The position numbers were made by a program, and so were the translations under genes. Positions 23,503-38,100 of a stretch of 64,000 bases of DNA are shown in pieces (position 1 is the first letter of the stretch; every line of letters starts with the position of its first letter). Under the pieces are notes generated by a model, which searched no databases, was not told the origin of the DNA, and saw nothing but the letters and a program-made list of their open reading frames with translations. The DNA comes from Macrostomum lignano (lineage: Eukaryota): positions 310,001-374,000 of the forward strand of contig NIVC01000305.1 in assembly GCA_002269645.1 (NCBI GenBank), read 5' to 3'.

Positions 23503-23949
23503 CTGTATAGTCCGAACCAGCCTGCCGATGGTGCCCACCGACACTGTGGAATGCGGAGGCGGCTGCTGAGCTGCAGGCTCCGCCGCTGCCACTGCCGCCT
23601 GCTCCTCAACCGTAGCTTCATCGTCTCCAGCATCCGAATCTTCATCGTCAAGAGCTTCGCTATCCCCGCTACTGGTGTCGCCTGGATTTTCTGAATCCTG
23701 CTCAGCAAATTCATCAACTTCCTCTTGATCCTCTTCAATCAAAATCCGATCGTCTTTCGAAGGTGCCGGAGTATCGCGTCTTCTAAAACTGCTGTCTGCA
23801 GCTTCCTCTTCCGCCCGGTTCGCTCTCACCGCCTGGCTGTCCTCATCAATGACTAAGGTAACTACGCGTGGAGCTGATGCTCGATTGACGCTGTTTTGCG
23901 CTGTTGCGGGCAGCTGCTGGTCCAGTCTGGCACTGGAGACACCGCTCAT
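23503..23949 (-). CDS. CNGA: CNG alpha exon 1 (acidic N-terminus); joined CDS ~803 aa once the frameshift is corrected
   Basis: ATG at 23949; donor CAG|GTGAGA (phase 0) matches the exon-2 acceptor; the junction GTIGRLVRTIQ|SLHRW recreates the N-terminal amphipathic motif of CNGA2/CNGA3. Confidence 0.75.
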
Positions 23950-24379
23950 CCTGGCTAACAGCGACTGCCGTGTGTCATAGCGTCTTGCGCCTCTTCCCTA
24001 AATATCCCCCTTTTGCAGCTCAGAAATATCCAAAAACAGTCCCATCTCTTATCCAATCGGTGCGCGGCTCGATCTCCAAACCGTGCTCTACTAGCTAATC
24101 CGCTGTCCACCCGTCCCTAGCTCAGCCTAGCGTGCCGCGGTCCCAAACGTGAGACAAACCTGGGCGGTCACTTTACTTAATTAGTAGCAGCAGCACTGTA
24201 CGTCCACTGCTGTCCCTCTCTCTCCGTCTGTCCCTCTATAATACTCCTGCTTTCTTCTGAGTGATTAAATAATTAGTATGAATCATGTTCGGGCAGGCGT
24301 TCTTAGCGTGACATGCCCCGTATGCTGTACACATTTACATGTAAGTACATCAAGGCTGGTCGCCTCTGCTGCTGCGAAT

Positions 24380-25320
24380 TCCAGTGGCTTTGAACTAGAT
24401 TATCCAATGGCTTTGAACTAGATTATCCAATGGCTTTGAACTAGATTATCCAGTGGCTTTGAACTAGATTATCCAATGGCTTTGAACTAGATTATCCAGT
24501 GGCTTTGAACTAGATTATCCAATGGCTTTGAACTAGATTATCCAGTGGCTTTGAACTAGATTATCCAGTGGCTTTGAACTAGATTATCCAGTGGCTTTGA
24601 ACTAGATTATCCAGTGGCTTTGAACTAGATTATCCAATGGCTTTGAACTAGATTATCCAGTGGCTTTGAACTAGATTATCCAGTGGCTTTGAACTAGATT
24701 ATCCAGTGGCTTTGAACTAGATTATCCAGTGGCTTTGAACTAGATTATCGAATGGCTTTGAACTAGATTATCCAGTGGCTTTGAACTAGATTATCCAGTG
24801 GCTTTGAACTAGATTATCCAGTGGCTTTGAACTAGATTATCCAGTGGCTTTGAACTAGATTATCCAGTGGCTTTGAACTAGATTATCCAGTGGCTTTGAA
24901 CTAGATTATCCAGTGGCTTTGAACTAGATTATCGAATGGCTTTGAACTAGATTATCCAATGGCTTTGAACTAGATTATCCAGTGGCTTTGAACTAGATTA
25001 TCCAGTGGCTTTGAACTAGATTATCCAGTGGCTTTGAACTAGATTATCCAGTGGCTTTGAACTAGATTATCCAGTGGCTTTGAACTAGATTATCCAGTGG
25101 CTTTGAACTAGATTATCCAGTGGCTTTGAACTAGATTATCCAGTGGCTTTGAACTAGATTATCCAGTGGCTTTGAACTAGATTATCCAGTGGCTTTGAAC
25201 TAGATTATCCAGTGGCTTTGAACTAGATTATCCAGTGGCTTTGAACTAGATTATCCAGTGGCTTTGAACTAGATTATCCAGTGGCCATAAACTAGATTAT
25301 CCAGTGGCCATAAACTAAAT
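24380..25320. repeat. 23-bp minisatellite (CCAGTGGCTTTGAACTAGATTAT), ~40 copies, between the Rap1 3' end and the CNG start
   Basis: Tandem copies. Confidence 0.96.
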
Positions 25321-25990
25321 GTCCAATGACCCCAAACAAACAGAAAAGCTGTTTTCAAAAAATAAAAAGGCTTTTAACAACAAAAAAGTTTAATTATAAT
25401 GGTAAACACACACAACGTGCACTATTGTAATAACTTTATATTTGACTTATTGCAATATTTCTGAGATTAAAACAATACAAGTACGAAAAAGCTGACAAAC
25501 AAAACACCGGATTCATATTACATAATTATTTATTGTGAATAATTTTCTAGTCTATATAACAAAAACTATCAGTCAATAATGCCGCAAAAACTAAAAAAAA
25601 CCCTAGTTCTTGTGAAGTAGTATTGCATTAACATTAGCAGTCTTGCAAACACAAAGCCTGATTATAGAATTATAAACAAACTGGAATCAATAAATCAGTA
25701 TGTAAATCAGAATGCTGACCTTAGTGAGCAAAATATTAATTATATATCAGTTGCCTCAACAATGGGAGATGCCTTTCACCTTAATGCCTTGAAAGACGCT
25801 ATCATTATTTATGCAGATATGAATCATGACCAACAAAAAAAACTGTTTCTTATAAAAACCCACTGCAGCAAAAAAACGTGATTAGTAAACTTTCCTAAAC
25901 AAGCGCGTCGCATACTACTTACTGTTCACAAGAGATTTCTCAGGCTCCAAGTAAAAGTATAAAATATTTGTGTAAAAATGAAAAAATCCG

Positions 25991-26104
25991 TCACAAGGCC
26001 GAACACTTCGACGAGCCTCCGCCGCTGCCGCCACCGCCCTTTCGTTTCTTGCCGGAGTCAGCTGATGAGTTCGAATTGATCTGGTGGACCAGGTCGAAAA
26101 ATAC
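25991..26104 (-). CDS. RAP1: Rap1 GTPase exon 3 (hypervariable region, CAAX box CSAL)
   Basis: Acceptor CCCTCCCGCAG; VFFDLVHQIN..KKRK..SKCSAL then TGA. Confidence 0.9.
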   Translation of the reverse strand, partial: VFFDLVHQINSNSSADSGKKRKGGGGSGGGSSKCSAL

Positions 26105-26121
26105 CTGCGGGAGGGTAGCGG

Positions 26122-29100
26122 TGGCCCAGCAACTGACACTCTGGGAGGCTGGCCCAGCAACTGACACTCTGGGAGGCTGGCCCAGCAACTGACACTCTGG
26201 GAGGCTGGCCCAGCAACTGACACTCTGGGAGGCTGGCCCAGCAACTGACACTCTGGGAGGCTGGCCCAGCAACTGAGGATCTGAGAGGCTGGCCCAGCAA
26301 CTGACACTCTGGGAGGCTGGCCCAGCAACTGACACTCTGGGAGGCTGGCCCAGCAACTGACACTCTGGGAGGCTGGCCCAGCAACTGGGGATATGGGAGG
26401 CTGGCCCAGCAACTGAGGATCTGGGAGGCTGGCCCAGCAACTGACACTCTGGGAGGCTGGCCCAGCAACTGAGGATCTGGGAGGCTGGCCCAGCAACTGA
26501 GGATCTGGGAGGCTGGCCCAGCAACTGACACTCTGGGAGGCTGGCCCAGCAACTGAGGATCTGGGAGGCTGGCCCAGCAACTGACACTCTGGGAGGCTGG
26601 CCCAGCAACTGAGGATCTGGGAGGCTGGCCCAGCAACTGAGGATCTGGGAGGCTGGCCCAGCAACTGACACTCTGGGAGGCTGGCCCAGCAACTGACACT
26701 CTGGGAGGCTGGCCCAGCAACTGGGGATCTGGGAGGCTGGCCCAGCAACTGAGGATATGGGAGGCTGGCCCAGCAACTGATGATCTGGGAGGCTGGCCCA
26801 GCAACTGACACTCTGGGAGGCTGGCCCAGCAACTGAGGATCCGGGAGGCTGGCCCAGCAACTAACACTCTGGGAGGCTGGCCCAGCAACTGAGGATCCGG
26901 GAGGCTGGCCCAGCAACTGAGGATCTGGGAGGCTGGCCCAGCAACTGAGGATCCGGGAGGCTGGCCCAGCAACTGAGGATCTGGGAGGCTGGCCCAGCAA
27001 CTGACACTCTGGGAGGCTGGCCCAGCAACTGAGGATCTGGGAGGCTGGCCCAGCAACTGACACTCTGGGAGGCTGGCCCAGCAACTGAGGATCTGGGAGG
27101 CTGGCCCAGCAACTGACACTCTGGGAGGCTGGCCCAGCAACTGACACTCTGGGAGGCTGGCCAAGCAACTGACACTCTGGGAGGCTGGCCCAGCAACTGA
27201 CACTCTGGGAGGCTGGCCCAGCAACTGACACTCTGGGAGGCTGGCCCAGCAACTGACACTCTGGGAGGCTGGCCCAGCAACTGAGGATATGGGAGGCTGG
27301 CCCAGCAACTGACACTCTGGGAGGCTGGCCCAGCAACTGAGGATCTGGGAGGCTGGCCCAGCAACTGAGGATCTGGGAGGCTGGCCCAGCAACTGACACT
27401 CTGGGAGGCTGGCCCAGCAACTGACACTCTGGGAGGCTGGCCCAGCAACTGAGGATCTGGGAGGCTGGCCCAGCAACTGACACTCTGGGAGGCTGGCCCA
27501 GCAACTGAGGATCTGGGAGGCTGGCCCAGCAACTGACACTCTGGGAGGCTGGCCCAGCAACTGAGGATCTGGGAGGCTGGCCCAGCAACTGACACTCTGG
27601 GAGGCTGGCCCAGCAACTGAGGATCTGGGAGGCTGGCCCAGCAACTGACACTCTGGGAGGCTGGCCCAGCAACTGGGATCTGGGAGGCTGGCCCAGCAAC
27701 TGAGGATATGGGAGGCTGGCCCAGCAACTGATGATCTGGGAGGCTGGCCCAGCAACTGACACTCTGGGAGGCTGGCCCAGCAACTGAGGATCCGGGAGGC
27801 TGGCCCAGCAACTGACACTCTGGGAGGCTGGCCCAGCAACTGAGGATCCGGGAGGCTGGCCCAGCAACTGAGGATCTGGGAGGCTGGCCCAGCAACTGAG
27901 GATCCGGGAGGCTGGCCCAGCAACTGACACTCTGGGAGGCTGGCCCAGCAACTGACACTCTGGGAGGCTGGCCCAGCAACTGAGGATCTGGGAGGCTGGC
28001 CCAGCAACTGACACTCTGGGAGGCTGGCCCAGCAACTGAGGATCTGGGAGGCTGGCCCAGCAACTGACACTCTGGGAGGCTGGCCCAGCAACTGACACTC
28101 TGGGAGGCTGGCCAAGCAACTGACACTCTGGGAGGCTGGCCCAGCAACTGGGATCTGGGAGGCTGGCCCAGCAACTGACACTCTGGGAGGCTGGCCCAGC
28201 AACTGACACTCTGGGAGGCTGGCCCAGCAACTGAGGATATGGGAGGCTGGCCCAGCAACTGAGGATCTGGGAGGCTGGCCCAGCAACTGAGGATCTGGGA
28301 GGCTGGCCCAGCAACTGGGGATATGGGAGGCTGGCCCAGCAACTGGGGATATGGGAGGCTGGCCCAGCAACTGAGGATCTGGGAGGCTGGCCCAGCAACT
28401 GAGGATCTGGGAGGCTGGCCCAGCAACTGAGGATCTGGGAGGCTGGCCCAGCAACTGACACTCTGGGAGGCTGGCCCAGCAACTGAGGATCTGGGAGGCT
28501 GGCCCAGCAACTGAGGATCTGGGAGGCTGGCCCAGCAACTGACACTCTGGGAGGCTGGCCCAGCAACTGAGGATCTGGGAGGCTGGCCCAGCAACTGACA
28601 CTCTGGGAGGCTGGCCCAGCAACTGAGGATCTGGGAGGCTGGCCCAGCAACTGACACTCTGGGAGGCTGGCCCAGCAACTGAGGATATGGGAGGCTGGCC
28701 CAGCAACTGATGATCTGGGAGGCTGGCCCAGCAACTGACACTCTGGGAGGCTGGCCCAGCAACTGAGGATCCGGGAGGCTGGCCCAGCAACTGAGGATCT
28801 GGGAGGCTGGCCCAGCAACTGAGGATCTGGGAGGCTGGCCCAGCAACTGACACTCTGGGAGGCTGGCCCAGCAACTGAGGATCTGGGAGGCTGGCCCAGC
28901 AACTGAGGATCTGGGAGGCTGGCCCAGCAACTGACACTCTGGGAGGCTGGCCCAGCAACTGACACTCTGGGAGGCTGGCCCAGCAACTGGGGATATGGGA
29001 GGCTGGCCCAGCAACTGAGGATCTGGGAGGCTGGCCCAGCAACTGAGGATCTGGGAGGCTGGCCCAGCAACTGAGGATCTGGGAGGCTGGCCCAGCAACT

Positions 29101-32100
29101 GAGGATCTGGGAGGCTGGCCCAGCAACTGAGGATCTGGGAGGCTGGCCCAGCAACTGACACTCTGGGAGGCTGGCCCAGCAACTGAGGATCTGGGAGGCT
29201 GGCCCAGCAACTGAGGATCTGGGAGGCTGGCCCAGCAACTGACACTCTGGGAGGCTGGCCCAGCAACTGAGGATCTGGGAGGCTGGCCCAGCAACTGAGG
29301 ATCTGGGAGGCTGGCCCAGCAACTGACACTCTGGGAGGCTGGCCCAGCAACTGACACTCTGGGAGGCTGGCCCAGCAACTGAAGATCTGGGAGGCTGGCC
29401 CAGCAACTGAGGATCTGGGAGGCTGGCCCAGCAACTGATGATCTGGGAGGCTGGCCCAGCAACTGATGATCTGGGAGGCTGGCCCAGCAACTGACACTCT
29501 GGGAGGCTGGCCCAGCAACTGAGGATCCGGGAGGCTGGCCCAGCAACTGACACTCTGGGAGGCTGGCCCAGCAACTGAGGATCTGGGAGGCTGGCTCAGC
29601 AACTGAGGATCTGGGAGGCTGGCCCAGCAACTGAGGATCTGGGAGGCTGGCCCAGCAACTGAGGATCTGGGAGGCTGGCCCAGCAACTGACACTCTGGGA
29701 GGCTGGCCCAGCAACTGAGGATCTGGGAGGCTGGCCCAGCAACTGACACTCTGGGAGGCTGGCCCAGCAACTGAGGATCTGGGAGGCTGGCCCAGCAACT
29801 GACACTCTGGGAGGCTGGCCCAGCAACTGACACTCTGGGAGGCTGGCCAGCAACTGACATCTGGGAGGCTGGCCCAGCAACTGAGGATCTGGGAGGCTGG
29901 CCCAGCAACTGAGGATCTGGGAGGCTGGCCCAGCAACTGAGGATCTGGGAGGCTGGCCCAGCAACTGGGATATGGGAGGCTGGCCCAGCAACTGAGGATC
30001 TGGGAGGCTGGCCCAGCAACTGAGGATCTGGGAGGCTGGCCCAGCAACTGAGGATCTGGGAGGCTGGCCCAGCAACTGACACTCTGGGAGGCTGGCCCAG
30101 CAACTGAGGATCTGGGAGGCTGGCCCAGCAACTGAGGATCTGGGAGGCTGGCCCAGCAACTGACACTCTGGGAGGCTGGCCCAGCAACTGAGGATCTGGG
30201 AGGCTGGCCCAGCAACTGAGGATCTGGGAGGCTGGCCCAGCAACTGAGGATCTGGGAGGCTGGCCCAGCAACTGAGGATCTGGGAGGCTGGCCCAGCAAC
30301 TGACACTCTGGGAGGCTGGCCCAGCAACTGAGGATCTGGGAGGCTGGCCCAGCAACTGAGATCTGGGAGGCTGGCCCAGCAACTGACACTCTGGGAGGCT
30401 GGCCCAGCAACTGAGGATCTGGGAGGCTGGCCCAGCAACTGAGGATCTGGGAGGCTGGCCCAGCAACTGAGGATCTGGGAGGCTGGCCCAGCAACTGACA
30501 CTCTGGGAGGCTGGCCCAGCAACTGAGATCTGGGAGGCTGGCCCAGCAACTGACACTCTGGGAGGCTGGCCCAGCAACTGAGGATCTGGGAGGCTGGCCC
30601 AGCAACTGACACTCTGGGAGGCTGGCCCAGCAACTGATATGGGAGGCTGGCCCAGCAACTGAGGATCTGGGAGGCTGGCCCAGCAACTGAGGATCTGGGA
30701 GGCTGGCCCAGCAACTGAGGATCTGGGAGGCTGGCCCAGCAACTGAGGATCTGGGAGGCTGGCCCAGCAACTGAGGATCTGGGAGGCTGGCCCAGCAACT
30801 GACACTCTGGGAGGCTGGCCCAGCAACTGAGGATCTGGGAGGCTGGCCCAGCAACTGAGGATCTGGGAGGCTGGCCCAGCAACTGACACTCTGGGAGGCT
30901 GGCCCAGCAACTGAGGATCTGGGAGGCTGGCCCAGCAACTGAGGATCTGGGAGGCTGGCCCAGCAACTGACACTCTGGGAGGCTGGCCCAGCAACTGACA
31001 TCTGGGAGGCTGGCCCAGCAACTGAGATCTGGGAGGCTGGCCCAGCAACTGAGGATCTGGGAGGCTGGCCCAGCAACTGAGATCTGGGAGGCTGGCCCAG
31101 CAACTGAGATCTGGGAGGCTGGCCCAGCAACTGACACTCTGGGAGGCTGGCCCAGCAACTGAGGATCTGGGAGGCTGGCCCAGCAACTGACACTCTGGGA
31201 GGCTGGCCCAGCAACTGAGGATCTGGGAGGCTGGCCCAGCAACTGAGGATCTGGGAGGCTGGCCCAGCAACTGAGGATCTGGGAGGCTGGCCCAGCAACT
31301 GAGGATCTGGGAGGCTGGCCCAGCAACTGACACTCTGGGAGGCTGGCCCAGCAACTGAGGATCTGGGAGGCTGGCCCAGCAACTGACATCTGGGAGGCTG
31401 GCCCAGCAACTGAGGATCTGGGAGGCTGGCCCAGCAACTGACACTCTGGGAGGCTGGCCCAGCAACTGACACTCTGGGAGGCTGGCCCAGCAACTGACAC
31501 TCTGGGAGGCTGGCCCAGCAACTGAGGATCTGGGAGGCTGGCCCAGCAACTGAGGATCTGGGAGGCTGGCCCAGCAACTGAGGATCTGGGAGGCTGGCCC
31601 AGCAACTGAGGATCTGGGAGGCTGGCCCAGCAACTGGGATCTGGGAGGCTGGCCCAGCAACTGAGGATCTGGGAGGCTGGCCCAGCAACTGAGGATCTGG
31701 GAGGCTGGCCCAGCAACTGACACTCTGGGAGGCTGGCCCAGCAACTGAGGATCTGGGAGGCTGGCCCAGCAACTGAGGATCTGGGAGGCTGGCCCAGCAA
31801 CTGACATCTGGGAGGCTGGCCCAGCAACTGAGGATCTGGGAGGCTGGCCCAGCAACTGAGGATCTGGGAGGCTGGCCCAGCAACTGACACTCTGGGAGGC
31901 TGGCCCAGCAACTGAGGATCTGGGAGGCTGGCCCAGCAACTGACATCTGGGAGGCTGGCCCAGCAACTGAGGATCTGGGAGGCTGGCCCAGCAACTGAGG
32001 ATCTGGGAGGCTGGCCCAGCAACTGACATCTGGGAGGCTGGCCCAGCAACTGAGGATCTGGGAGGCTGGCCCAGCAACTGAGGATCTGGGAGGCTGGCCC

Positions 32101-35100
32101 AGCAACTGAGGATCTGGGAGGCTGGCCCAGCAACTGACACTCTGGGAGGCTGGCCCAGCAACTGAGGATCTGGGAGGCTGGCCCAGCAACTGAGGATCTG
32201 GGAGGCTGGCCCAGCAACTGAGGATCTGGGAGGCTGGCCCAGCAACTGAGGATCTGGGAGGCTGGCCCAGCAACTGAGGATCTGGGAGGCTGGCCCAGCA
32301 ACTGAGGATCTGGGAGGCTGGCCCAGCAACTGAGGATCTGGGAGGCTGGCCCAGCAACTGAGGATCTGGGAGGCTGGCCCAGCAACTGAGGATCTGGGAG
32401 GCTGGCCCAGCAACTGAGGATCTGGGAGGCTGGCCCAGCAACTGACATCTGGGAGGCTGGCCCAGCAACTGAGGATCTGGGAGGCTGGCCCAGCAACTGA
32501 GGATCTGGGAGGCTGGCCCAGCAACTGACATCTGGGAGGCTGGCCCAGCAACTGAGGATCTGGGAGGCTGGCCCAGCAACTGAGGATCTGGGAGGCTGGC
32601 CCAGCAACTGACACTCTGGGAGGCTGGCCCAGCAACTGAGGATCTGGGAGGCTGGCCCAGCAACTGACATCTGGGAGGCTGGCCCAGCAACTGAGGATCT
32701 GGGAGGCTGGCCCAGCAACTGAGGATCTGGGAGGCTGGCCCAGCAACTGAGGATCTGGGAGGCTGGCCCAGCAACTGACATCTGGGAGGCTGGCCCAGCA
32801 ACTGAGGATCTGGGAGGCTGGCCCAGCAACTGAGGATCTGGGAGGCTGGCCCAGCAACTGAGGATCTGGGAGGCTGGCCCAGCAACTGACACTCTGGGAG
32901 GCTGGCCCAGCAACTGAGGATCTGGGAGGCTGGCCCAGCAACTGACATCTGGGAGGCTGGCCCAGCAACTGAGGATCTGGGAGGCTGGCCCAGCAACTGA
33001 GGATCTGGGAGGCTGGCCCAGCAACTGAGGATCTGGGAGGCTGGCCCAGCAACTGAGGATCTGGGAGGCTGGCCCAGCAACTGACACTCTGGGAGGCTGG
33101 CCCAGCAACTGAGGATCTGGGAGGCTGGCCCAGCAACTGACACTCTGGGAGGCTGGCCCAGCAACTGAGGATCTGGGAGGCTGGCCCAGCAACTGACACT
33201 CTGGGAGGCTGGCCCAGCAACTGACATCTGGGAGGCTGGCCCAGCAACTGACATCTGGGAGGCTGGCCCAGCAACTGACACTCTGGGAGGCTGGCCCAGC
33301 AACTGACATCTGGGAGGCTGGCCCAGCAACTGACATCTGGGAGGCTGGCCCAGCAACTGAGGATCTGGGAGGCTGGCCCAGCAACTGACATCTGGGAGGC
33401 TGGCCCAGCAACTGAGGATCTGGGAGGCTGGCCCAGCAACTGAGGATCTGGGAGGCTGGCCCAGCAACTGAGGATCTGGGAGGCTGGCCCAGCAACTGAC
33501 ACTCTGGGAGGCTGGCCCAGCAACTGAGGATCTGGGAGGCTGGCCCAGCAACTGACATCTGGGAGGCTGGCCCAGCAACTGAGGATCTGGGAGGCTGGCC
33601 CAGCAACTGACACTCTGGGAGGCTGGCCCAGCAACTGAGGATCTGGGAGGCTGGCCCAGCAACTGAGGATCTGGGAGGCTGGCCCAGCAACTGAGGATCT
33701 GGGAGGCTGGCCCAGCAACTGAGGATCTGGGAGGCTGGCCCAGCAACTGAGGATCTGGGAGGCTGGCCCAGCAACTGAGGATCTGGGAGGCTGGCCCAGC
33801 AACTGAGGATCTGGGAGGCTGGCCCAGCAACTGACATCTGGGAGGCTGGCCCAGCAACTGAGGATCTGGGAGGCTGGCCCAGCAACTGAGGATCTGGGAG
33901 GCTGGCCCAGCAACTGAGGATCTGGGAGGCTGGCCCAGCAACTGAGGATCTGGGAGGCTGGCCCAGCAACTGAGGATCTGGGAGGCTGGCCCAGCAACTG
34001 ACATCTGGGAGGCTGGCCCAGCAACTGAGGATCTGGGAGGCTGGCCCAGCAACTGAGGATCTGGGAGGCTGGCCCAGCAACTGACATCTGGGAGGCTGGC
34101 CCAGCAACTGAGGATCTGGGAGGCTGGCCCAGCAACTGACATCTGGGAGGCTGGCCCAGCAACTGACATCTGGGAGGCTGGCCCAGCAACTGACACTCTG
34201 GGAGGCTGGCCCAGCAACTGAGGATCTGGGAGGCTGGCCCAGCAACTGAGGATCTGGGAGGCTGGCCCAGCAACTGACATCTGGGAGGCTGGCCCAGCAA
34301 CTGAGGATCTGGGAGGCTGGCCCAGCAACTGAGGATCTGGGAGGCTGGCCCAGCAACTGAGGATCTGGGAGGCTGGCCCAGCAACTGAGGATCTGGGAGG
34401 CTGGCCCAGCAACTGAGGATCTGGGAGGCTGGCCCAGCAACTGAGGATCTGGGAGGCTGGCCCAGCAACTGAGGATCTGGGAGGCTGGCCCAGCAACTGA
34501 GGATCTGGGAGGCTGGCCCAGCAACTGAGGATCTGGGAGGCTGGCCCAGCAACTGAGGATCTGGGAGGCTGGCCCAGCAACTGAGGATCTGGGAGGCTGG
34601 CCCAGCAACTGACACTCTGGGAGGCTGGCCCAGCAACTGAGGATCTGGGAGGCTGGCCCAGCAACTGACATCTGGGAGGCTGGCCCAGCAACTGAGGATC
34701 TGGGAGGCTGGCCCAGCAACTGACACTCTGGGAGGCTGGCCCAGCAACTGAGGATCTGGGAGGCTGGCCCAGCAACTGAGGATCTGGGAGGCTGGCCCAG
34801 CAACTGAGGATCTGGGAGGCTGGCCCAGCAACTGAGGATCTGGGAGGCTGGCCCAGCAACTGAGGATCTGGGAGGCTGGCCCAGCAACTGAGGATCTGGG
34901 AGGCTGGCCCAGCAACTGAGGATCTGGGAGGCTGGCCCAGCAACTGAGGATCTGGGAGGCTGGCCCAGCAACTGAGGATCTGGGAGGCTGGCCCAGCAAC
35001 TGAGGATCTGGGAGGCTGGCCCAGCAACTGAGGATCTGGGAGGCTGGCCCAGCAACTGAGGATCTGGGAGGCTGGCCCAGCAACTGAGGATCTGGGAGGC

Positions 35101-38100
35101 TGGCCCAGCAACTGAGGATCTGGGAGGCTGGCCCAGCAACTGAGGATCTGGGAGGCTGGCCCAGCAACTGAGGATCTGGGAGGCTGGCCCAGCAACTGAG
35201 GATCTGGGAGGCTGGCCCAGCAACTGACATCTGGGAGGCTGGCCCAGCAACTGAGGATCTGGGAGGCTGGCCCAGCAACTGAGGATCTGGGAGGCTGGCC
35301 CAGCAACTGAGGATCTGGGAGGCTGGCCCAGCAACTGAGGATCTGGGAGGCTGGCCCAGCAACTGAGGATCTGGGAGGCTGGCCCAGCAACTGAGGATCT
35401 GGGAGGCTGGCCCAGCAACTGAGGATCTGGGAGGCTGGCCCAGCAACTGAGGATCTGGGAGGCTGGCCCAGCAACTGAGGATCTGGGAGGCTGGCCCAGC
35501 AACTGAGGATCTGGGAGGCTGGCCCAGCAACTGACATCTGGGAGGCTGGCCCAGCAACTGAGGATCTGGGAGGCTGGCCCAGCAACTGAGGATCTGGGAG
35601 GCTGGCCCAGCAACTGAGGATCTGGGAGGCTGGCCCAGCAACTGAGGATCTGGGAGGCTGGCCCAGCAACTGAGGATCTGGGAGGCTGGCCCAGCAACTG
35701 AGGATCTGGGAGGCTGGCCCAGCAACTGAGGATCTGGGAGGCTGGCCCAGCAACTGAGGATCTGGGAGGCTGGCCCAGCAACTGAGGATCTGGGAGGCTG
35801 GCCCAGCAACTGAGGATCTGGGAGGCTGGCCCAGCAACTGAGGATCTGGGAGGCTGGCCCAGCAACTGAGGATCTGGGAGGCTGGCCCAGCAACTGAGGA
35901 TCTGGGAGGCTGGCCCAGCAACTGAGGATCTGGGAGGCTGGCCCAGCAACTGAGGATCTGGGAGGCTGGCCCAGCAACTGAGGATCTGGGAGGCTGGCCC
36001 AGCAACTGAGGATCTGGGAGGCTGGCCCAGCAACTGAGGATCTGGGAGGCTGGCCCAGCAACTGAGGATCTGGGAGGCTGGCCCAGCAACTGAGGATCTG
36101 GGAGGCTGGCCCAGCAACTGAGGATCTGGGAGGCTGGCCCAGCAACTGAGGATCTGGGAGGCTGGCCCAGCAACTGAGGATCTGGGAGGCTGGCCCAGCA
36201 ACTGAGGATCTGGGAGGCTGGCCCAGCAACTGAGGATCTGGGAGGCTGGCCCAGCAACTGAGGATCTGGGAGGCTGGCCCAGCAACTGAGGATCTGGGAG
36301 GCTGGCCCAGCAACTGAGGATCTGGGAGGCTGGCCCAGCAACTGAGGATCTGGGAGGCTGGCCCAGCAACTGAGGATCTGGGAGGCTGGCCCAGCAACTG
36401 AGGATCTGGGAGGCTGGCCCAGCAACTGAGGATCTGGGAGGCTGGCCCAGCAACTGAGGATCTGGGAGGCTGGCCCAGCAACTGACACTCTGGGAGGCTG
36501 GCCCAGCAACTGAGGATCTGGGAGGCTGGCCCAGCAACTGAGGATCTGGGAGGCTGGCCCAGCAACTGAGGATCTGGGAGGCTGGCCCAGCAACTGAGGA
36601 TCTGGGAGGCTGGCCCAGCAACTGAGGATCTGGGAGGCTGGCCCAGCAACTGAGGATCTGGGAGGCTGGCCCAGCAACTGAGGATCTGGGAGGCTGGCCC
36701 AGCAACTGAGGATCTGGGAGGCTGGCCCAGCAACTGAGGATCTGGGAGGCTGGCCCAGCAACTGAGGATCTGGGAGGCTGGCCCAGCAACTGAGGATCTG
36801 GGAGGCTGGCCCAGCAACTGAGGATCTGGGAGGCTGGCCCAGCAACTGACATCTGGGAGGCTGGCCCAGCAACTGAGGATCTGGGAGGCTGGCCCAGCAA
36901 CTGAGGATCTGGGAGGCTGGCCCAGCAACTGAGGATCTGGGAGGCTGGCCCAGCAACTGAGGATCTGGGAGGCTGGCCCAGCAACTGAGATCTGGGAGGC
37001 TGGCCCAGCAACTGAGGATCTGGGAGGCTGGCCCAGCAACTGAGGATCTGGGAGGCTGGCCCAGCAACTGAGGATCTGGGAGGCTGGCCCAGCAACTGAG
37101 GATCTGGGAGGCTGGCCCAGCAACTGAGGATCTGGGAGGCTGGCCCAGCAACTGAGGATCTGGGAGGCTGGCCCAGCAACTGAGGATCTGGGAGGCTGGC
37201 CCAGCAACTGAGGATCTGGGAGGCTGGCCCAGCAACTGAGGATCTGGGAGGCTGGCCCAGCAACTGAGGATCTGGGAGGCTGGCCCAGCAACTGAGGATC
37301 TGGGAGGCTGGCCCAGCAACTGAGGATCTGGGAGGCTGGCCCAGCAACTGAGGATCTGGGAGGCTGGCCCAGCAACTGAGGATCTGGGAGGCTGGCCCAG
37401 CAACTGAGGATCTGGGAGGCTGGCCCAGCAACTGACATCTGGGAGGCTGGCCCAGCAACTGAGGATCTGGGAGGCTGGCCCAGCAACTGAGGATCTGGGA
37501 GGCTGGCCCAGCAACTGAGGATCTGGGAGGCTGGCCCAGCAACTGAGGATCTGGGAGGCTGGCCCAGCAACTGAGGATCTGGGAGGCTGGCCCAGCAACT
37601 GAGGATCTGGGAGGCTGGCCCAGCAACTGAGGATCTGGGAGGCTGGCCCAGCAACTGACATCTGGGAGGCTGGCCCAGCAACTGAGGATCTGGGAGGCTG
37701 GCCCAGCAACTGAGGATCTGGGAGGCTGGCCCAGCAACTGAGGATCTGGGAGGCTGGCCCAGCAACTGAGGATCTGGGAGGCTGGCCCAGCAACTGAGGA
37801 TCTGGGAGGCTGGCCCAGCAACTGAGGATCTGGGAGGCTGGCCCAGCAACTGAGGATCTGGGAGGCTGGCCCAGCAACTGAGGATCTGGGAGGCTGGCCC
37901 AGCAACTGAGGATCTGGGAGGCTGGCCCAGCAACTGAGGATCTGGGAGGCTGGCCCAGCAACTGACATCTGGGAGGCTGGCCCAGCAACTGAGGATCTGG
38001 GAGGCTGGCCCAGCAACTGACATCTGGGAGGCTGGCCCAGCAACTGACATCTGGGAGGCTGGCCCAGCAACTGAGGATCTGGGAGGCTGGCCCAGCAACT

